A DNA stretch of 64,000 nucleotides from Terrimicrobiaceae bacterium (GCA_041752695.1 JBGSVZ010000085.1:115851-179850), one strand, 5' to 3'; counted from the first letter of the stretch, positions 35,045-45,253 are shown. Made by a program: numbers and translations. The notes: generated by a model from the sequence alone, not told the origin.

Positions 35045-38000
35045 TAGTGGTGCGCTTCCTCAGGTTTGGTCACGCCATGCGCGCCGTGAGCATCCGCGCC
35101 ATGGGGGTCTCCGTGCGGTGCGCCATGGGCATCCCCGTGAGGAGCCGCGTGGGCGTCGCCGTGGGCACCATGATGCGCGTCGCCATTGGCTTTGCCGACC
35201 TTGTCCGCCCCGGGCATTTTCATGTTCGGATTCTTGATGCGGGCGAGGTATTTCACCCGCGGGGTGACGTTCAGATAGTTGAGCATCGCGTAGCTGCGGT
35301 CGCTGCCATGCAGACGGGCGACGCGGCTGTTGGGATCCGCCTTGTTGCCAAAGACCAGCGAGTCGCTCGGACAGGCCTGCTGGCAGGCGCTCTTGAATTC
35401 GTGGATCGGAACCTCGTTTTTGTTCCGCGCGCCCGCTTCGACCAGACGGCCAATCTTGGCCTCCTCGATACGCTGGATGCAGAAGGTGCATTTTTCCATC
35501 ACACCACGCATGCGCACGGTGACGTTGGGGTTTTTCTGCATCTTCGAAGAATCCGCCATGCCCTTTTTGGTCAGCGGACCAAAATAAATCCCCTGCGCTT
35601 TCAGCGGGCCAATCTTGACGTCGTGAATCGGACGCTCGTTGTAATCGAAATAGTTGAAACGGCGCACTTTCCACGGGCAGTTGTTCGCGCAATACCGCGT
35701 GCCGATGCAGCGGTTGTAGGCCATGAGATTGAGACCATCCTCACTGTGCACCGTGGCATTGACCGGGCAGACCGTTTCGCACGGGGCGTTTTCGCAGTGC
35801 TGGCACATCACGGCCTGCGGGAGCATCTCGGGATCCTCGGGGTCGCCCGCGAAGTAGCGGTCCATGCGGATCCACGCCATGTCGCGATTTTTGCGAACCT
35901 GTTCCTTGCCGACCACCGGGACATTGTTTTCCGCCTGACAGGCCACCAGACAGGCATTGCAGCCGGTGCAGGTGTTGAGATCCACCGTCATCGCCCACGC
36001 CTCGGTCTTGCTCAGCTGGGGATGGGTGTAGAGCGAAATATTGGGGGGAATGTGGCTGTCCATCCCGATGAATTGGGCAAATTTCGGATCACCCTGGTAG
36101 CGATCGAGTGTGCCTTCACGGAAAAGATCGCGCCCGTGCATGCTCTGGGCTTCCTGCGTGCGGGCCAGCGGGTAGGAGTCTTTGGTAACGGTGATTTCGA
36201 CACCCGTGCGGAAACGGGGGGAGTCACTGGTGCGCAACGGATAGGCATTGAAGCCCACCCCTTCCATCAGCGCGGAAACACCCGTGCGGCCGTAGCCGAG
36301 CGCCAGCGAAATGGAATCATCGGCATGGCCGGGAGCCACCAGCGCCGCGGCGCGGATCACATCCTTGCCCGCCTTGATTTCGATGATGTCGGAAACGATG
36401 TCGAACGTGTTCTCGTTCTTCACGTTCTCTTCCGAGATCGGGTTGATCATGTCCGCGACCTTGTCGGTCCAGGTGAAATTATTGACGCGAACACCGAGCC
36501 GTTTGGCCGTGGCGGGGCTGATCATGGCGACATTGTCCCACGTCACCTTGGTTTCAAAATCGGGCGTTTCCTGCAGCCAGCTGTTGTTGGCGTAGCGGCC
36601 ATCATCCACGCTGGAGCTTTGCAGGAAGACCAGTTCCAAACCGGCCTGGGCAGCAGCGACACCCGTCATCAATCCCGCGGCGGCGGCGGCATTGAGAGCC
36701 AGCGGGGCTTCGGTGAACTGGCTGTTGGGTTGAAACCCGACGCGCAGCAGCGAGTTCCAAGCTTCGGGACTGGTGCCGTAGGCGGCGGAGAACGTCTCTT
36801 TGACGAGTTCCGGCCCGGCTGGCTTGGGACGTCCGACGAGTTGGGCGAGAATTTCCAGTTCGCTGACGCCGATCCAGAGCGGAAGGATCATCGGCTGAAT
36901 CGCCGTGTAGGTGCCGTCGTAGGTGCGAACGTCGCCCCACGATTCGAGGTAATGGGCGGCCGGAACCTGCCAGGCGGAGAGCTTGGCGGTTTCGTCTTCG
37001 AAAAACCCAAGGCGCACCACGGTCGGCACCTTTTTCAGTAGGTCGGCAAACCCCAGATCGGCTGGCGCGTTGTAGGCGGGATTGCCGCCGAAAATAAAGA
37101 GCGTCTTGACGGAGCCCGCGGTGATGGCTGCCGCGAGGTCTGCAATCGACGCGGACGGAATCTCTCCTGTCGCCACGCCGGTAAGCGTCGTCCCGATCGC
37201 GCCCAGCGCGTCGTTGATGGCCAGGACCAGCGCCTGCACCCAGGCGGGCTGTTGTTCGCCCACGATCACCAGAGCACGTCCGGCGTGCGCCACGAGGTCG
37301 GCGGCACATTCCGTGACCCACTGTTCGTTAAACTGCGCGGAAGATTTCGGCGCGGCCCCGATGGCGGCGGCTAGCGAAGAACCGCCGGATTTCGCGGCGA
37401 TTTTTTCGGCGAGCTGACGGGCGAATTCGCCAATATCCGACGCTTTGCAGCGCAGGCGGTGGTCGGCAAGGCCGCCCGTGTTCGAATAATGATTCTCCAC
37501 CACGTAAAGGCGGTTCATCGGCGCGCCCTTCTGGTCGGGGTTGCGGCGGGGATAAAAACCCGAGGCAAATCCCACGCCCTTGTCGCTCGTGCTGGTGAAT
37601 TCGCTGTCGAGCGCGAGGACGATGTCGGCGCGGTCGAATTTCGGCACCAACCGGAATCCCTGCCCAAAGACGGCCGAAGTGGCTTTCGCCGCCTCGGCGT
37701 CGCCCAGCGGCTCGTATTCCGCCCAGATCAGACCGGGATATTTGGCTTGGAGTTCCGCCCGGAGACGGTCGCGGGTCGGGGAGTTTTTCCTCTCCACCAG
37801 AAACGCCATCCCCTGGCCACCGGATTTCGCGGTTTCGGCGAGAAAAGCATCAAACGCCTCAACCGTCACCTCGTTGCCGCCCTGTTTGACGACCTTCAGG
37901 CGATTCGGATCGTAAAGATCCAACACGCTGGCCTGCGTGAAGGCATCCGTGCCGCCATTGCTGTAAGGATGAAGAGGATTGCCTTCCACCTTGGTCGGAC

Positions 38001-38352
38001 GACCATCCACCGTGCTGACAATCAGCGGCATCGCACCCTGCCGGATCGGCATGGCGGACGCGTAGTACAAAAATTTTCCAGGAATGGCCCACTCAACGCC
38101 CCTATTGAAAGGCACCAAGTACGACTCCGGTCGGCGGCATCCGGTCAGGCCCACGCCAGCCAGGGCCATCGAAGCCCCCATCAACTTGACAAAATCCCGC
38201 TTCGAAAGACCGGAATCCTCGTAAACTCCCGCCCCGCGCGGGAACTCCCGCTGGACCACTTCGTCAAAGCCGGGCGATTTTTCCAGCTCGGCAAAGCTGC
38301 GCCACATCGTGGGCTTTTCCGGCATGGGCGGATGGTTGAAAACGCGTTTCAT
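35044..38352 (-). CDS. actB: Alternative complex III subunit ActB (molybdopterin-oxidoreductase-like plus Fe-S domains, variant Tat signal)
   Basis: [14 protein letters not shown]...[14 protein letters not shown] and cluster motifs [32 protein letters not shown] 38352 overlaps the actA stop. Confidence 0.95.
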   Translation of the reverse strand: MKRVFNHPPMPEKPTMWRSFAELEKSPGFDEVVQREFPRGAGVYEDSGLSKRDFVKLMGASMALAGVGLTGCRRPESYLVPFNRGVEWAIPGKFLYYASAMPIRQGAMPLIVSTVDGRPTKVEGNPLHPYSNGGTDAFTQASVLDLYDPNRLKVVKQGGNEVTVEAFDAFLAETAKSGGQGMAFLVERKNSPTRDRLRAELQAKYPGLIWAEYEPLGDAEAAKATSAVFGQGFRLVPKFDRADIVLALDSEFTSTSDKGVGFASGFYPRRNPDQKGAPMNRLYVVENHYSNTGGLADHRLRCKASDIGEFARQLAEKIAAKSGGSSLAAAIGAAPKSSAQFNEQWVTECAADLVAHAGRALVIVGEQQPAWVQALVLAINDALGAIGTTLTGVATGEIPSASIADLAAAITAGSVKTLFIFGGNPAYNAPADLGFADLLKKVPTVVRLGFFEDETAKLSAWQVPAAHYLESWGDVRTYDGTYTAIQPMILPLWIGVSELEILAQLVGRPKPAGPELVKETFSAAYGTSPEAWNSLLRVGFQPNSQFTEAPLALNAAAAAGLMTGVAAAQAGLELVFLQSSSVDDGRYANNSWLQETPDFETKVTWDNVAMISPATAKRLGVRVNNFTWTDKVADMINPISEENVKNENTFDIVSDIIEIKAGKDVIRAAALVAPGHADDSISLALGYGRTGVSALMEGVGFNAYPLRTSDSPRFRTGVEITVTKDSYPLARTQEAQSMHGRDLFREGTLDRYQGDPKFAQFIGMDSHIPPNISLYTHPQLSKTEAWAMTVDLNTCTGCNACLVACQAENNVPVVGKEQVRKNRDMAWIRMDRYFAGDPEDPEMLPQAVMCQHCENAPCETVCPVNATVHSEDGLNLMAYNRCIGTRYCANNCPWKVRRFNYFDYNERPIHDVKIGPLKAQGIYFGPLTKKGMADSSKMQKNPNVTVRMRGVMEKCTFCIQRIEEAKIGRLVEAGARNKNEVPIHEFKSACQQACPSDSLVFGNKADPNSRVARLHGSDRSYAMLNYLNVTPRVKYLARIKNPNMKMPGADKVGKANGDAHHGAHGDAHAAPHGDAHGAPHGDPHGADAHGAHGVTKPEEAHH

Positions 38353-39014
38353 CGATGACAGCCTCCGCAGGTGACGGGAGGGTTGACATCCCATTCTTCC
38401 TTGAATTTCAAGCCCATCTCCCGCTGATCATGCGGCGAGGCGGCTTTCCAATTCAGATTGTAAATCTCCGAGGGAGGACGGAGGTGATTTTCCGGCGCCC
38501 GGTGGCAGTCGAGACACCAGCTCATGCTCTGCGGCTGATGCTGATAGACCACCTTCATGTTGTTCACATCGCCGTGACAGGAGTAACAGCTCACCCCGCG
38601 GTTCACATGTACCGCATGGTTGAAATACGTGTAGTCGGGCAATTTGTGAATCCTCACCCAATTCACCGCCGGACCGTCTCCCTTGCCGCCGTTCCAGGCC
38701 GCACGGACCGCTTCGAGCTTCGGACTTTCGGCCTTCACCTGCGTGTGGCAGCTCATGCAAGTCTGCACGGAGGGCACGTTCGAATGGGAGGCCACCTCGA
38801 CAAAACTGTGGCAAAACCGGCAATCCATCCCGAGTTGTTGGACGTGGAGGTCGTGCTGAAAAGGAACCGGCTGAGTGGGCTCGTAGCCGACCCGGGTGTA
38901 CTTCGGGGTGAAGTAGTAGGTCAGCCCCGCCGTCACCGCCCCGCCCAGAACGAGCACGCAGACGGCCACCTTCCAGGGAAGTTGGTTCGTCCATTTGGGG
39001 AAAAAATTGGCCAT
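38349..39014 (-). CDS. actA: Alternative complex III pentaheme cytochrome c ActA
   Basis: One TM and five CxxCH motifs (CRFCH, CMSCH, CYSCH, CLDCH, CGGCH). Confidence 0.95.
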   Translation of the reverse strand: MANFFPKWTNQLPWKVAVCVLVLGGAVTAGLTYYFTPKYTRVGYEPTQPVPFQHDLHVQQLGMDCRFCHSFVEVASHSNVPSVQTCMSCHTQVKAESPKLEAVRAAWNGGKGDGPAVNWVRIHKLPDYTYFNHAVHVNRGVSCYSCHGDVNNMKVVYQHQPQSMSWCLDCHRAPENHLRPPSEIYNLNWKAASPHDQREMGLKFKEEWDVNPPVTCGGCHR

Positions 39015-39186
39015 GTGTGGATTTAAGGGCGACTAGCGGTCAATTGCGGGGCATTGCCGGTAGATTGCCGTGGCAGGCTATTATTAATTAAACTGATGGC
39101 AATTGTTTTTTGAACGAAAACCCGGGATTTTTTTGGCAAGCAAAATCTGACCTTCCGGCGGCCCAAAAATCCTCTACGCTGACCCC

Positions 39187-39636
39187 ATGATCCGTCCGTT
39201 TCTCGGCCTCCTGCTCTTCGCCGTCACCGCTCTCGCCCAGGAAACCGCCCAGCCGCCACTTCCGACTATCACCCTCAAAGCCGCCAACGGGCGCGCCATC
39301 ACGGCCGAAGTCGCCGACGAGACCCACGAGCGCACCGCTGGCCTCATGTTCCGCGAAAAACTCGCGCCCGACAGCGGCATGCTTTTTGTCATGCCCCGCC
39401 CGGATCGGGCCGGATTCTGGATGAAAAACACCCTCATCCCCCTCTCGATCGCCTACATCAACGCCTCGGGCGTCATCCTTGAGATCCACGACATGAAGCC
39501 GCACAACGAAAAACCTGTCCCCAGCGTCTTCCCCACGGTCGCATACGCCCTGGAAATGGAACAAGGCTGGTTCCAAAAGTCCGGAGTCAACCCCGGCGAA
39601 CGCCTCCAAGGCCTCCCGCCGCTGACGGGCCGATAG
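39187..39636 (+). CDS. DUF192 family secreted protein
   Basis: Signal peptide; EVAD...GLMFR, GMLF, FWMKNTLIPLSIAYI and YALE. Confidence 0.9.
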   Translation: MIRPFLGLLLFAVTALAQETAQPPLPTITLKAANGRAITAEVADETHERTAGLMFREKLAPDSGMLFVMPRPDRAGFWMKNTLIPLSIAYINASGVILEIHDMKPHNEKPVPSVFPTVAYALEMEQGWFQKSGVNPGERLQGLPPLTGR

Positions 39637-39642
39637 CCTGCT

Positions 39643-39679
39643 CGGAGATCGGAGTTGGGAGTTGGGAGTTGGGAGATCG
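39643..39679. repeat. Heptamer tandem repeat (C/G)GGAG(A/T)T x5
   Basis: CGGAGAT CGGAGTT GGGAGTT GGGAGTT GGGAGAT CG, between convergent genes. Confidence 0.8.
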
Positions 39680-39700
39680 CCCTGTCCCCGCGTCTTTCCC

Positions 39701-40900
39701 CTACCCCGCCAGCGCCCGCAAACTCGACCGCAGGAACGCGTCGCGGATCGTTTTCAGGGTCTTCTCCGGGAGCGGCGCTCTTCCCCCTCCGACAAAATAT
39801 TCCAGTGCGGCGAGAAACACCACCGGCTGTTCCTCCTCCGGCACCCCGAGATGGCCCGGAAACGCCGCATCCAGGATCCAAGTCCCCTCCTCCGAGGCTT
39901 CCGTGAGTTCCTCCGCCCACCTCATCACGGTCTCCTCGGGTTTCTTCCCGTGACGTTTCGCCACCAGTTCGAGAATTTTTTCCCGCCCCGGCACATTGAG
40001 CAGCAGCGCGAGGAAAAACCGGTGTTCGACATCCGTCACCGAACCCCGCAGCCCCACCACCCGGTCCCGCCAGACAATCTCATCCAGCGTCCGCCCGACC
40101 CCCGCGGCCGCCCGGCCATGTTTTTTCTGGAAGATCCCCAGCGCTTCCTCCCAGCGTCCCAACCCGCGCAGGGCACCCAGACAATTCTGCAAAACAAAAA
40201 ATCCCCGCTCGAAATCCAGTGCCCCGAGCATTTCCACCACCACATCGCCGTAAGCCGGATCCTCCGTCCGCTCCATCACATCGAGCAATTGCAACCGCCG
40301 CGCCGTCAGCGCATCCGTGTGAAACGGGTCCACCGCCACATGCGGAGGCAGGTAGGTAAATTGCGGCCCGGTCCCGGGTGCCGTATGGGTGCGCACGACA
40401 ATGGTCAGCGAGGGCGAATCCAGATGAAACAGCGCATGAATATGCCCCGCCCCCGCCACAATCGGCACCGTCCTCCCCGTCTCCAGCAACTCCGTCCCCT
40501 GCAACTTCAGATCCCCCACCCGGAAATGCGCCGTCACCGCCCGCGACTTCTCAAAGAAATACTCCGAATGCAAACTCGACCCCGCCATCACGTGAAACGC
40601 CCCGTCGAACTCATGCTGATGAATCTGCGTGGTACCCTCCATCCAGAACAGTGCCTGAATGTAAAACCGCGGATCGTCATACACCACGATCTCCGGCTGC
40701 CCGAACCCCGACCCCGTCTGAAAGGGCTGCCCATCCTCCAGCAAAAACTCCCGCATCAACTCCGCCAGATCCACCTGCTGCGCAGGCGGCCGGTCGTTAA
40801 GAGCCGCCACCGCCAGCTCGGGAAACCCTTCCTGCGAGAAGTTGAGTTTTTTCCACCGGTCATACACCCTGCGCCCGAGATCCTGAAAAAACGCGTTCAT
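39701..40900 (-). CDS. Hypothetical protein with cysteine-dioxygenase-like cupin domain
   Basis: FWMEGTTQIHQHEFDGAFHVMAG ... HIHALFH.DSPSLTIVVRT, plus a helical C-terminal half. Start taken at MNAFFQ. Confidence 0.65.
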   Translation of the reverse strand: MNAFFQDLGRRVYDRWKKLNFSQEGFPELAVAALNDRPPAQQVDLAELMREFLLEDGQPFQTGSGFGQPEIVVYDDPRFYIQALFWMEGTTQIHQHEFDGAFHVMAGSSLHSEYFFEKSRAVTAHFRVGDLKLQGTELLETGRTVPIVAGAGHIHALFHLDSPSLTIVVRTHTAPGTGPQFTYLPPHVAVDPFHTDALTARRLQLLDVMERTEDPAYGDVVVEMLGALDFERGFFVLQNCLGALRGLGRWEEALGIFQKKHGRAAAGVGRTLDEIVWRDRVVGLRGSVTDVEHRFFLALLLNVPGREKILELVAKRHGKKPEETVMRWAEELTEASEEGTWILDAAFPGHLGVPEEEQPVVFLAALEYFVGGGRAPLPEKTLKTIRDAFLRSSLRALAG

Positions 40901-41153
40901 CCCCGCACCTTCCGGGATCCGATCCCACCCCTCAAGAACCATTCACCCCCAAGAAAAGAGGTTCGCCGACGACCGCGGACCCACCGGAGGGAATTTCGAC
41001 CGCCAGAACCCGGCGGGGCCAACCTCAAAAACGCCCGCCCCCCTTGACCTGCGAGGTCTCCGCTTCCGGGCCACATCGCGTCGGCCTTTTGCAGAATCCC
41101 TCCGCGAAATTTTCTCGCTAATCCCCGGCCCGCCGCGTTTCATCCGCGGGCAA

Positions 41154-42464
41154 ATGATTTTTGCGGGCGGCTCACAGGGAGAGGGCGTTGTGCGGGCGAG
41201 TTGGAAGGGCTGGCTGATCTGGTTCACGGCCGCGCTGTTTTACCTCTACGAGTTTTTCGTCCGCGTCGCACCTTCCGCGATGGAACCGGAATTGCAGGCG
41301 ACGTTCCACCTGTCCGCCGCCGGACTCGGCGCGGCCATGGGCGTCTATTATTTCATCTATTCGCCGATGCAATTGCTGGCGGGCAGTTTTCTCGACCGCT
41401 TCGGCGCTCGGCACGTCCTCGTTCCCGCCGCGCTCATCTGCACAATCGGCGCTTTCCTTCAGGCCTTCGGTCACACCCCGTTTCTTTTGAGCACGTCGCG
41501 GTTTTTCCAGGGATTCGGATCCGCCTTCGCTTTTGTCGGCACGATGTATCTGGCGGCGGAATGGTTCCCCCGCTCCATGCTGGCCATGCTCTCGGGGCTC
41601 ACGACCTCGCTGGGTATGGCGGGGGCGATCATCGGAAATGCCGGCATCGCCGATGTGGTCAATCGTTTCGGCTGGCGGGACGCGCTTTTCGTCGCAGGCG
41701 GCGTCGGACTGGTCGTCACCGTCCTGATTGCTTTAATAGTCCCGACCGAGAGCCGTAAACGTCAGCAGCGCGCGATGGACGTCGAACTCGATCGCGGGCC
41801 GGGAATTTTCCGTTCGCTGAAGATCGTCTATTCGAACCCCCAAAGCTGGTTCGCGGGCATCGCCGGCACGGCCCTCTACATGCCGCTGTCCGTCCTCGGC
41901 GCGCTCTGGGGCGAATCGTATATTTCGTCCGTCACGGGCAGTGACAAAGTCGCGGCCTCCGGCGCGGTGTCGATGCTTTACGTCGGCTGGCTCATCGGCG
42001 GGCCGCTGGCGGGGTGGTTTTCCGACCACAAAGGCATCCGCCGCAACATGCTGCTTTTCGCAGGCATCGCCACGTTCCTCACCACGCTGGTCGTGGTTTT
42101 TGTCCCTCACCTTTCGATCACCGGAGCCTACATCCTGCTCCTGATTCTCGGCCTGGCTTCGTGTTCGCAGGTGGTGTGTTTTGTGACGGCCGTCGAGCAC
42201 AACCCACCCGCCGTGGCCGGTACGGCCATCGCCGCGACGAACATGATGATCATGCTCCTCGGCGGCATGGGCGAATGGGCCTTCGGCGCGATCCTCGATT
42301 ATTTCGGTGGCAGCGGCGACGCGGCCAACTACCCCGAAACCACCTACCGCAAAGCCATCTTCCTCCTCCCCGTCATCTCCGCCATCGGAGTGGCCGCGGC
42401 CTTTTTCCTGAAAGAAAGTTTCCGTAAAGCCGAGATTCCCCCCGGGCCTGCACCGATGGTATAG
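41154..42464 (+). CDS. MFS transporter
   Basis: About 12 TMs; motif A GSFLDRFGAR and second-half GWFSDHKGIRR. Confidence 0.9.
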   Translation: MIFAGGSQGEGVVRASWKGWLIWFTAALFYLYEFFVRVAPSAMEPELQATFHLSAAGLGAAMGVYYFIYSPMQLLAGSFLDRFGARHVLVPAALICTIGAFLQAFGHTPFLLSTSRFFQGFGSAFAFVGTMYLAAEWFPRSMLAMLSGLTTSLGMAGAIIGNAGIADVVNRFGWRDALFVAGGVGLVVTVLIALIVPTESRKRQQRAMDVELDRGPGIFRSLKIVYSNPQSWFAGIAGTALYMPLSVLGALWGESYISSVTGSDKVAASGAVSMLYVGWLIGGPLAGWFSDHKGIRRNMLLFAGIATFLTTLVVVFVPHLSITGAYILLLILGLASCSQVVCFVTAVEHNPPAVAGTAIAATNMMIMLLGGMGEWAFGAILDYFGGSGDAANYPETTYRKAIFLLPVISAIGVAAAFFLKESFRKAEIPPGPAPMV

Positions 42465-42471
42465 TCAGGGG

Positions 42472-43062
42472 ATGAAGCCTCCTGGCGAGAAGGCGCTGAC
42501 GGTGACGGAACTCCTTGTCATCATCGTGGTGTTAGTTGTGCTGATGAGTCTTGGAACCTCCTATCCCCCTCTCAATCCAGGAAGAGGCCAAATGTTTCAG
42601 ACCCTCAGCAACATGAAGCAACTTCATCTTGCGACCCAGCAAATGGCTTTGGACGGAACGACCACCGGCGAGACCAACTTGGGGTTGCCCGGAGATACCG
42701 GCGGAACATTTTCCAACTGGTCTCGCCTGCTAGTTGAGAGCAATTACCTCAGAGCCGACGACCTCGCCAAACTGCTTTCGGCTCCCGGAATCGTTTTGAA
42801 ACCCGGAAAGATCCCCACCTCCAATACGACAGCCGTACTGGTTTATGCGACTAAGGAACAATCCGAAGCGAACGAAGTCTTTCTCTCCACCGCAAATTTC
42901 ACCAACACACCGAGTGGCGGCCTACCGCCGTTAGCCGACGCGAAGCCCTATGGGACCAATGGCTTCATTGTTTTCCGCAAGGCGGGCGACGGTGCGATCC
43001 TAAAATCCACGCAGGCCGGCAGCACCAACCTCATCGGTGGCTTTGCGCCGCTGCTCCAATAA
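42472..43062 (+). CDS. Prepilin-like (type II secretion pseudopilin family) protein
   Basis: KALTVTELLVIIVVLVVL class III-like N-terminus followed by SNMKQL. Confidence 0.7.
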   Translation: MKPPGEKALTVTELLVIIVVLVVLMSLGTSYPPLNPGRGQMFQTLSNMKQLHLATQQMALDGTTTGETNLGLPGDTGGTFSNWSRLLVESNYLRADDLAKLLSAPGIVLKPGKIPTSNTTAVLVYATKEQSEANEVFLSTANFTNTPSGGLPPLADAKPYGTNGFIVFRKAGDGAILKSTQAGSTNLIGGFAPLLQ

Positions 43063-43483
43063 AAACCACTCGAGAAAACGGATTGAGCATTGTGGAAATC
43101 CTGGTCGCGCTCGCCATCGTGATCACCCTCATCTGGCTCGCCTTTCCTTATATCGAAGGGGCGAACGCTCGCCCCCCAATGCACCGCATTCTCAGTAATA
43201 TGGTGCAACTCCGTATCGCCACCGAACAAATGGCGACGGACAACGCGCAAACCTCCGCGGTCGGCTGGCCTGGGGACATCAGTGGTTCTTTTTCCTACTG
43301 GGCTCATCACCTAATCTCCGGGAACTACCTAACGACTAAGGGACCAAACCTCTCGCAGACGCCAAACCATACGGCAAAAAAGGCTTCGTGATTTTCCGCA
43401 GAGGCGGTGACGGAGCCATCCCCATGGTCCGGCAGGCCGGGGACACCAACCTCATCGGCGGGTTCGCGCCTCTTTGCTGGTAG
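43059..43483 (+). pseudogene. Degenerate tandem paralog of the upstream pseudopilin-like gene
   Basis: N-half homologous (SNMVQL..ATEQMA.D, WPGD, NYL). C-half (LADAKPYGKKGFVIFRRGGDGAI...TNLIGGFAPL) is in another frame. The middle segment is missing and the start position reads ATA. Confidence 0.8.
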
Positions 43484-43515
43484 GACAATGTCTACCGCGA
43501 GAAGCAGCAGGAGAA

Positions 43516-43576
43516 TGTAGCCGCCCCACTCTGTTGGGGCGTCCATGGAGCACCCCGACGGAGCGGGGTGACTACA
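43516..43576. repeat. GTAG-type REP doublet (inverted pair)
   Basis: TGTAGCCGCCCCACTCTGTTGGGGCG and the reverse complement of the right arm, TGTAGTCACCCCGCTCCGTCGGGGTG, are 20/26 identical. Each arm is an internal hairpin. Confidence 0.75.
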
Positions 43577-43597
43577 GTTATTCTATATCAACTTCCA

Positions 43598-44350
43598 TCA
43601 CACCGTCCGTCCCCCGCTCGGCGGTGGCAATTTTTTGGTGGGCGGCTGGGGCTGGAGGGCGGGTGGGAGCTGGCCTTTGACCTTGGGTTTCGGGGCCTTG
43701 TCGGAAACCTCCACGCCGCGTTGTTTCAGATATTGCGCCAGCGCGGCGGAGATTTCCTGCGAGGTGCGGCGGGCGTCGGCAGTCACTCCGGCCATAAGAC
43801 CCTCGCCGCCATTGAGGATCATCGGCCAGGCGATCACGCCCATGATCGCACCCGGCATGGCGTTCGAGCCGCCCGTCGTCTGGATGAGCACAAAGGGTTT
43901 GGCCTCGCCGGTCGTGTGATTCGCTACAGTCGCAGAGACATCGAGCTTTGTGCCGCCGGCCCCAAAACCGAGGGTGCTGCGTAGCGCGCGGCTGCCCTGA
44001 TTGATGCGGGTGAATTTCCCGGTGACCACCCAATAGTCTCCCGCCGGAACGTCGGCGTTCGCCGGCAAGCCGTCGGCCGGGGCAAGGAATTTGCGAAAGC
44101 GGGCAACCAGTTCGGCGGTCAGTTTGTCCTGCAGTTCCTTTTCAAAATCACTGAGGCGCTGCCCTTCACGATCCACCCGGACCGTGCCTTCTTCAAACTC
44201 GAAGGGCCGGACGAAAATGCCCCGCGGGATCTGGGTAGGCGGCTGGTTTTCCAGGGAAATGACATTGGTGACACTGACCGAAGCGCAGGAACACAACCCG
44301 GCGGCCAGGCTCGCGGCCAGGAGGGCGCGCAGGAGACTTGGTTTACTCAT
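43598..44350 (-). CDS. DUF4410-like lipoprotein
   Basis: Lipobox LCSC and RINQGSRALR..LGFGAG motif. Confidence 0.75.
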   Translation of the reverse strand: MSKPSLLRALLAASLAAGLCSCASVSVTNVISLENQPPTQIPRGIFVRPFEFEEGTVRVDREGQRLSDFEKELQDKLTAELVARFRKFLAPADGLPANADVPAGDYWVVTGKFTRINQGSRALRSTLGFGAGGTKLDVSATVANHTTGEAKPFVLIQTTGGSNAMPGAIMGVIAWPMILNGGEGLMAGVTADARRTSQEISAALAQYLKQRGVEVSDKAPKPKVKGQLPPALQPQPPTKKLPPPSGGRTV

Positions 44351-44362
44351 GGGGAAAAAATC

Positions 44363-45253
44363 TCATTCCCCGCCGCTTTTGCCAAGGATGCGCTTTGAGC
44401 GCTCGGCGAGTTCCTGCACAAAAAAATCCGCCGGTTCGGAAAGTTGCCCGCGCCAGAACGCGCCGATGGGAAGACTGGGAAAACCAGCCAGCGGCAATAC
44501 CCGCAGCTTTTCATCCCGTTCCAGATCCGGCGTCCGGACAGCCAGCCCAGCCCCCAGACCATTGCGGACATAGATGGCAACAAGATCCTGCGAACTTGTT
44601 TCCATGTCGGTTTTCCAGATGATGCCGCGCCCCCCGAGTTCCTTTTGAAAAAGCCGCGGCAGCAGCTCATAAGGCGGCAGAGAAATGAGGGAGATTTTGT
44701 CTTGAGCCTTGAGCAGATCAGCGGCGCGTTTGTGCGGGCTGTCGGCGGGCACAAGGAGGCAAAACGGCAGCCGGGCGAGGGTGACCGAACGAAAACCGGG
44801 CGGCAGTTTCGATTCCAGCACGGTGATGGCGAGGTCCGCCTCACCTTGCGCGATGAGCCGCTCGGCGCCGCGCTGGTCGATTTCCTGCAGGGTCATGCGC
44901 ACGCCGGGAAACTTTTTCCGCAGCCGGGCGAGAAGGACGGGCACGTGTTCGCGCATGACCTCGGTAAGTCCGGCCAGCCGCACCACTTTTGCGACCCGCC
45001 CCTGGACCAGTTCCTCGACCTCCCCCAGTCGGCCAAAAAAGGGCGCGGCAAAATCGTAAAGGCTCTGGCCCGCCGGGGTGAGCTGGAAAGGACGCCGCTC
45101 AAAAAGCCGCACGCCCAGCTGCTTTTCCAGCGAGGCGACCTGGGCACTGACCGCCGGCTGCTGAATGCCATAGGGAATGTGGCGGCAGGCGGTCACAATC
45201 CCCTCGTAGCGTGCGACGTAATAAAACAGCTCCAGATGGTGGACGTTCAGCAT
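44363..45253 (-). CDS. LysR family transcriptional regulator
   Basis: N-terminal HTH (QQPAVSAQVASLEKQLGVRLFER..LTPAG) plus substrate-binding domain. Confidence 0.95.
   Translation of the reverse strand: MLNVHHLELFYYVARYEGIVTACRHIPYGIQQPAVSAQVASLEKQLGVRLFERRPFQLTPAGQSLYDFAAPFFGRLGEVEELVQGRVAKVVRLAGLTEVMREHVPVLLARLRKKFPGVRMTLQEIDQRGAERLIAQGEADLAITVLESKLPPGFRSVTLARLPFCLLVPADSPHKRAADLLKAQDKISLISLPPYELLPRLFQKELGGRGIIWKTDMETSSQDLVAIYVRNGLGAGLAVRTPDLERDEKLRVLPLAGFPSLPIGAFWRGQLSEPADFFVQELAERSKRILGKSGGE

Noticed and set aside
35044..38352. Active molybdoenzyme (polysulfide/nitrate reductase)
   Set aside because: Context actA-F identifies it as ActB, whose molybdopterin-like domain is known to lack the cofactor.
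39662..41047. 461-aa plus-strand ORF
   Set aside because: Arg/Pro/His-rich shadow of the minus-strand cupin-like gene; it begins inside a heptamer repeat.
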